Shown piece after piece: positions 59,093 to 64,000 of a stretch of DNA of 64,000 nt (position 1 is its first letter; every line of letters begins with the position of its first letter). A model generated the notes under the pieces. The model was not told where the DNA came from. It did no database searches and saw nothing but the letters and a program-made list of their open reading frames with translations. This DNA comes from Alphaproteobacteria bacterium UBA7314 (GTDB lineage: Bacteria; Pseudomonadota; Alphaproteobacteria; MPNO01; UBA830). Position numbers and translations under genes: made by a program. The stretch lies in assembly GCA_002471575.1 (NCBI GenBank), contig DKQG01000046.1, positions 108,853 to 172,852 on the forward strand, given 5' to 3'.

Positions 59093-59900
59093 TGCGCGCC
59101 TGCCCCCCGGTTACGTCAATCGTTTCGCCGGTGATATAGGATGCCATGGGCGACGCGAAAAAAAGTATCGCGTTGGCCGCTTCCGCAGGTGTGCCAAGGC
59201 GACCCATCGGAATATGCCGCGATTTCGCGAGTTCAACGAACCAGTCCTCCTTAGAAGTTCCTTGAGGAATTTTATCGCCGTCCGGACCCTCACCGCTTTC
59301 GTAACGACGGCTCCATTGTCCGGAGTCCACTAGTCCGATAAGCACTGCATTGACGCGTACATTGATAGGCGCGAATTCACGCGACAGCGATTTCAGCAGG
59401 TTCAGCTGCCCTGCACGTGTCGCGCCGGTCGCAATCAGGAATGGTTCCGGCGAGCGTGCCAGCATCGCGCTGGTACAAACGATCGCGCCTGCGCCGGAAG
59501 CTGACAGCATATCGATGAACGCGCGAACCGGGCGTAACACTGAAAAGAACTTCAGGTCGAACTCGTCACGCCAGTCCTGGTCGCTGGTGGTATAGAAATT
59601 GCTCGCCCGCGCCTGCCCGGCATTGCACACCAGTGCGTCGCAACGCCCGAACCTTTTATTGACCGCGTCCGCGAACGCATTCACGGCATTCTCATCCAGC
59701 ACGTCGCAGGCGTGCACGAACACATTATCGGGACCGGAAATCGACGCCAGCTGGGTGGCAGCTTCATCAAGACGTTCCCGGCTTCGTCCGCAGATCGCCA
59801 CCTTGGCGCCTTCGTTCAGGAATGCCTCTGCGGTAGCTTTGCCGATCCCCGAAGAACCGCCGGTGACGACCGCCACTTTGTCTTTCATATTGCTGGTCAT
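59085..59900 (-). CDS. Short-chain dehydrogenase/reductase with an atypical active site
   Basis: TGGSSGIG and CNAG motifs; TGATR replaces YxxxK. Confidence 0.88.
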   Translation of the reverse strand: MTSNMKDKVAVVTGGSSGIGKATAEAFLNEGAKVAICGRSRERLDEAATQLASISGPDNVFVHACDVLDENAVNAFADAVNKRFGRCDALVCNAGQARASNFYTTSDQDWRDEFDLKFFSVLRPVRAFIDMLSASGAGAIVCTSAMLARSPEPFLIATGATRAGQLNLLKSLSREFAPINVRVNAVLIGLVDSGQWSRRYESGEGPDGDKIPQGTSKEDWFVELAKSRHIPMGRLGTPAEAANAILFFASPMASYITGETIDVTGGQARNV

Positions 59901-60135
59901 TTTTTAGTCAGTTGCTCCCGAACCTTTAGCCAAATTAAAAATCTCATCCTCAAACCCCGGCGGGGAAAACTCACGGGAGAGTGAGGCTGATCAGAATGCG
60001 CGACGACTGGGTTCATCAGATCAAAATCCCTCCTCACCGTCTTCTGCATACTGCCGGGCCTGGACCTCTCGGTTTGCCGCTTCATCCCGCTGCAACCGCC
60101 ATCGGTCGCTTATACTCCCTACCGGCTTTTTCCAA

Positions 60136-61047
60136 TTATTCCCGTGTCTGGTATTCGGGATGCCCCTGCTCTCCGCCGACGGGATCGTAGCGGGGATCTG
60201 CCAGCGCCGTATCGGGCAACGCCAGCTGCATGCCGGCATGCGGTTTATGAGAATCCGGGTCGTGCCCGATCGCAGCTGAAATACGGGCGGCGCAACGCAG
60301 CACATCGTCCTTGACCATTCTATTAAGCACGTCATCAGGAAACTTGTCGGCGGACGCCGTGATGTTAACAGCGGCCACAACCCTGTCACTGCCGTCTCGT
60401 ATGGGTGCGGCAACACTCACAACGCCTTTCTCGTAATAACCGCGACTGACGACCACGCCGTCGTTTCTTGCGTCTTTGAGAAGCAGATCGCGCAACGCGA
60501 CCACGTTGGGAGGTGTATCCGGCGAAAAAGGCGCCAGCTCCCGAGTGCCTCGGTAAAGTTCGAAGAGATCCTCGTCTTCGAGGTCTTGCAGCATGGCGCG
60601 CCCCATCGTCGAAGCATGCGCGGGCAAACGGGACCCTACCCGAATGTTGCTGCTGAGAGCCGCCTGCGCCGCAAGGCGGCTGACGTAAACGACTTCCGTG
60701 CCTTCACGGACCGACATATGAACGGAAGCACCCGTGCGATATCTCAGATCTGAAAGGAACGGATAGGCAATTTCCGGCAGCTCCAGCCCGGTCAGATAGG
60801 TCCAGCCCAGTTTCAGCGCTGCAGCGCCAACGCGGTATTCGCCGGATTCCTCGTCGCGTATGAGAAACCCCAGATGTTCTAGGGTATTCGCCAATCGAAA
60901 CGTCGTCGCCCGCGGCAGGTCCAGTTCCTTCGCCAGAATACCAAGCGACTGGACCGGCTTGTCTTTCGAAAATGCCTGAAGCAGCAGTAACCCGCGTTCA
61001 AGGGCTGGGACGATATAGCTGGGCTCCTTCGCCTTGCGCTTACTCAT
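60136..61047 (-). CDS. IclR-family transcriptional regulator
   Basis: VPALERGL...RATTFRL; VGSRLPAHASTMGR; SVAAPI. Confidence 0.92.
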   Translation of the reverse strand: MSKRKAKEPSYIVPALERGLLLLQAFSKDKPVQSLGILAKELDLPRATTFRLANTLEHLGFLIRDEESGEYRVGAAALKLGWTYLTGLELPEIAYPFLSDLRYRTGASVHMSVREGTEVVYVSRLAAQAALSSNIRVGSRLPAHASTMGRAMLQDLEDEDLFELYRGTRELAPFSPDTPPNVVALRDLLLKDARNDGVVVSRGYYEKGVVSVAAPIRDGSDRVVAAVNITASADKFPDDVLNRMVKDDVLRCAARISAAIGHDPDSHKPHAGMQLALPDTALADPRYDPVGGEQGHPEYQTRE

Positions 61048-61850
61048 GCATTCCTTTCCAGATGCTTACTGAGGACCGAATTGAACAGGTCCGGTCCCTC
61101 CACGTAGCACGCATGACCGAGCCCGGGCAGAATTTCGAATGTGGAAGACCCGAAGCTGTCAGCAACGGCTTCGCATCCGACGGGAGGTGTAACCGTGTCC
61201 GCCCCACCCACGACCACGGAAACGGCCAGGGAGATCTCAGCCGCATCCGCTTTGATATCGCCATTGACCAGTAGCTCCACTGCTTGCGCATAACCGTCCG
61301 GTCGAAGCTGTGCCATGATATTCCGCACCCAGTCTCTTGTTGATTGCGGCGCATCCTCGGACAGCAAATTTTCGTGACGCTCGCGGGCTAACCCCTCAGG
61401 GCCAAGCTCGTTCATCAGGGACATTCTTCCCGTGCGGCGCTCGTCCTGAATATCCGTTCCATCGGCTCCGTACCCCGACGCCGGCGACGCGATCATCAGG
61501 CTCTTTACCCGGTCCGGCTCCGCCCGCGCAAATCCGCAGGCTATGATCGCGCCCAGCGAATGCCCAACCAGATTGCAGGCGGGAATGCCGATGACATCGA
61601 GCATTGCTCCAAGATGCGCAGCATATTGGGTCGCAGCAGGCACCTCGGAGGCGACCGGGTCAGACTCGCCGTAGCCCGGGGCATTCCAAGCGATAACCCG
61701 GTATCGATTGGCAAATGCATCAATCTGGGCGACCCAAGACGCCGCGCCGGACCCAATCCCGTGCAGCAGAAGGAGCGCTGGCCCCTCACCTGCTTCTAGG
61801 TAGGAGATTTTCCCACGCGGTGTGTCGACTAACCTGAGTGTTGCTGTCAT
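61044..61850 (-). CDS. Alpha/beta-fold hydrolase
   Basis: LLHGIGS, GHSLG, D.VTP and GHACY motifs. Confidence 0.92.
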   Translation of the reverse strand: MTATLRLVDTPRGKISYLEAGEGPALLLLHGIGSGAASWVAQIDAFANRYRVIAWNAPGYGESDPVASEVPAATQYAAHLGAMLDVIGIPACNLVGHSLGAIIACGFARAEPDRVKSLMIASPASGYGADGTDIQDERRTGRMSLMNELGPEGLARERHENLLSEDAPQSTRDWVRNIMAQLRPDGYAQAVELLVNGDIKADAAEISLAVSVVVGGADTVTPPVGCEAVADSFGSSTFEILPGLGHACYVEGPDLFNSVLSKHLERNA

Positions 61851-61913
61851 CGATTTCTCTTTACGCCAACGGCGGGAGGCTCTCATCAGCACGGGAGTCT
61901 CCAGGCACGGGTT

Positions 61914-62480
61914 CTACTTTTTTTCCCGCTTGATGGAGGCCAGCGGATGATCCGGCGGATAAGTGGGCGTCACCGGTTTAGTCGCACCCAGCATGACGCA
62001 CATCAGTGCTTCTTCATGGCCTTCATTCACCAGCCCACGATAAACTCCGGGCGGAACCGATATCAGATCGCGTTCGTTAAGTACGGACTCCCAGGTGTTG
62101 TCTCCGTCAACCACGGTCAGGCGAATACTTCCGCGTAGCATGAAGAAGACCTCCTCCACGTCCGTATGAATATGCTGCGGCCCTTCACAACCCGGCGGCA
62201 GAACCATAGTTGAGAAGGTGAAGTGTTCGGACGGAACCGTATTGTTGTCGCTGCTCTTACCGGCACCGCCGGTCCCCATATAGCGCATCTGTGCGCGCCG
62301 ATATTTGGGGTCGTAATCGGCCTGGAATTTCAGAACGTCCCAGTCGTACTGGCGCGTCTCGTATCGCGCGACCCGGGTATCCATCCAGTCCGCAAACGAC
62401 TGGTCGTCGCGCTGGTGCCAACCGGGTTTGTCTTCTTCCCGGCCGTCCGCACCCATCTTCAAAGCCGCTTCCGCACCCAT
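61914..62480 (-). CDS. Cupin-domain protein
   Basis: GPQHIHTDVEEVFF...DLISVPPGVYRG. Confidence 0.9.
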   Translation of the reverse strand: MGAEAALKMGADGREEDKPGWHQRDDQSFADWMDTRVARYETRQYDWDVLKFQADYDPKYRRAQMRYMGTGGAGKSSDNNTVPSEHFTFSTMVLPPGCEGPQHIHTDVEEVFFMLRGSIRLTVVDGDNTWESVLNERDLISVPPGVYRGLVNEGHEEALMCVMLGATKPVTPTYPPDHPLASIKREKK

Positions 62481-62494
62481 GTGTCTTCCTCCAG

Positions 62495-63253
62495 TCAGTT
62501 AAATACAAATCCACCGTTCACCGGCAAAAGCTGTCCGGTCACAAAATCCGCAGCATCGGACAGTAGGTACATGACTGCACCGGTCACATCCTCCGGCTGT
62601 TGTTCGCGGTTCATCGCCCGTCCATCGATGTACTGACGATGCCGATCTTCAGGCACGTACTCGGTCGCCTCAACCAGTGTCAGTCCCGGAGCGATGGCAT
62701 TTACCGCGATCCCGTCATTTCCTAATTCGCGAGCGAGCGACCGGGTCATCGCGATAACAGCGCCTTTCGATGCGACGTAATGAAGCAATTTTGGTGCGCC
62801 CCACATTGCGGTATCCGACGCGATGTTGACGATTTTTCCATTGCCGGCATCTCTAAGCGCAGGAGAAAATGCCCGCACCGCCAGCCATGTACCGCGCACA
62901 TTCACGGTCATTACTCGGTCCCAGGTTTCGATGTCGATTTCGTCGGCCATCTTTCCACCGATCCCGGTGGCTATCGCAGCGCAATTAACGAGACCATCCA
63001 CGCCCCCGAGATGCTGGACAGACCGCTGAGCCAACGTCACGATACTTTCCGGATCACCGAGATCGACGCCCTCAAAGTATGCGTCGCCCTTTTTCGAAAT
63101 ATCGGAAACGGTTTCGCGGCCCACATCTTCCAGAATATCTGCGATAACGACGCTGGCACCCGCTTCGACCGCGGCCTCAGCAAATGCACGGCCGAGGCCC
63201 CGGGCGCCGCCGGTGACGACAATACGTTTGCTATTTAGCGATATCGATTTCAT
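62495..63253 (-). CDS. Short-chain dehydrogenase/reductase
   Basis: TGGARGLG and YVASK motifs. Confidence 0.92.
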   Translation of the reverse strand: MKSISLNSKRIVVTGGARGLGRAFAEAAVEAGASVVIADILEDVGRETVSDISKKGDAYFEGVDLGDPESIVTLAQRSVQHLGGVDGLVNCAAIATGIGGKMADEIDIETWDRVMTVNVRGTWLAVRAFSPALRDAGNGKIVNIASDTAMWGAPKLLHYVASKGAVIAMTRSLARELGNDGIAVNAIAPGLTLVEATEYVPEDRHRQYIDGRAMNREQQPEDVTGAVMYLLSDAADFVTGQLLPVNGGFVFN

Positions 63254-63285
63254 GACTCTGTCCGGTCGGCCTTTCGATCTGCCGC

Positions 63286-64000
63286 TTACTCTGCCGCCTC
63301 CATTGCCTGGCCTTGGTGTTCGGCAACGGCAGTAAGTTGTGCTTCCGCTTCTTTAGACAATACGCGCCGGACCCTGGCGAGCCCGGTGTCATGCTGGTAC
63401 AGAAATTCCTTGCCGCGGGCGCCAGGGTCCATGCCTTCCAGAACCACCCGGTCCTGTTCGAGCACATCCCAGTGCAACGTTTCCAGACGGTTGCGATACA
63501 TGAACTTCCACACATCCCGTCGCCAGCCAGATACCTTTCGGGTTCGCCAGAAAAAGACGCGGCAGTTGTCTTCATCAATCGGCGTCACGAAACCCATGAT
63601 GCCGAAATTGCCGCCTGGCCCCGCTTCTTGCCTATAGGGCAGTGGCGAAACCCTTAACCAAAACGCGCCTGTATCGCCATATTCGATCCAGTCGAAATTG
63701 ACGTCGCGCTGGTCCGATTTGCCGAACACGAATCCGGTGTCAGTTTTATCCAACTGCATCTTCGCCTCGGTATCGCCCGCTGCCATCGAATGGGAAGCGG
63801 CATGCAGGTAGGCGCCATGCATCGGGTCCATTACATTGTCGACCGCATAGGTCCAGTTGCATTTCCAATGCGCAGTGCAGAGCATCGCTGACCATTCGTC
63901 AGATACGAATTCTTCCGGAAAGTCGAATTCGTCCGGATCCTCATGCAGCTCATCGCCGAACCAGACGAAAATACCGCCCATATGTTCGAAACACGGATAG
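63286..64000 (-). CDS. Rieske oxygenase alpha subunit (5' part outside the window)
   Basis: DNVMDPMHGAYLH iron-binding motif; VLEQDR near the C-terminus. Confidence 0.88.
   Translation of the reverse strand, partial: YPCFEHMGGIFVWFGDELHEDPDEFDFPEEFVSDEWSAMLCTAHWKCNWTYAVDNVMDPMHGAYLHAASHSMAAGDTEAKMQLDKTDTGFVFGKSDQRDVNFDWIEYGDTGAFWLRVSPLPYRQEAGPGGNFGIMGFVTPIDEDNCRVFFWRTRKVSGWRRDVWKFMYRNRLETLHWDVLEQDRVVLEGMDPGARGKEFLYQHDTGLARVRRVLSKEAEAQLTAVAEHQGQAMEAAE

Noticed and set aside
59900-60135. Short ORFs between IclR and the SDR
   Set aside because: No recognisable homology; the region may be a promoter or eroded DNA.
1-64000. CRISPR arrays, tRNA/rRNA, transposases, integrases, prophage or defence genes
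   Set aside because: No regularly spaced repeats or diagnostic motifs were seen by eye; small RNAs could have been missed.

Overview
GC-rich chromosomal window, most likely from an alphaproteobacterium (inferred from the gene families and a perfect CtrA box). It is dominated by catabolic oxidoreductases for aromatic and N-heterocyclic compounds: four Rieske oxygenase subunits, three xanthine-dehydrogenase-family Mo subunits, LigAB, a CnbZ-like deaminase, amidases, SDRs, and GMC, TauD and LLM enzymes. Housekeeping genes include korAB, ispG, thrH and an NfuA-like carrier, plus the F420 genes fbiC and npdG. Three things stand out. (1) A tightly coupled Rieske-SDR-cupin-hydrolase-IclR-SDR-TPP enzyme-NadX operon of unknown substrate lies at the right end. 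(2) Directly downstream is a divergent GroEL paralog with no groES and a proline-rich tail, leading a DMT-cnbZ-cytochrome b-ridA run. (3) Most long intergenic gaps are eroded genes (about a dozen pseudogenes or deletion scars), including three decayed PEP-CTERM-like surface protein remnants. I saw no rRNA, tRNA, CRISPR array or intact mobile element. All family calls come from motif recognition, not database searches.
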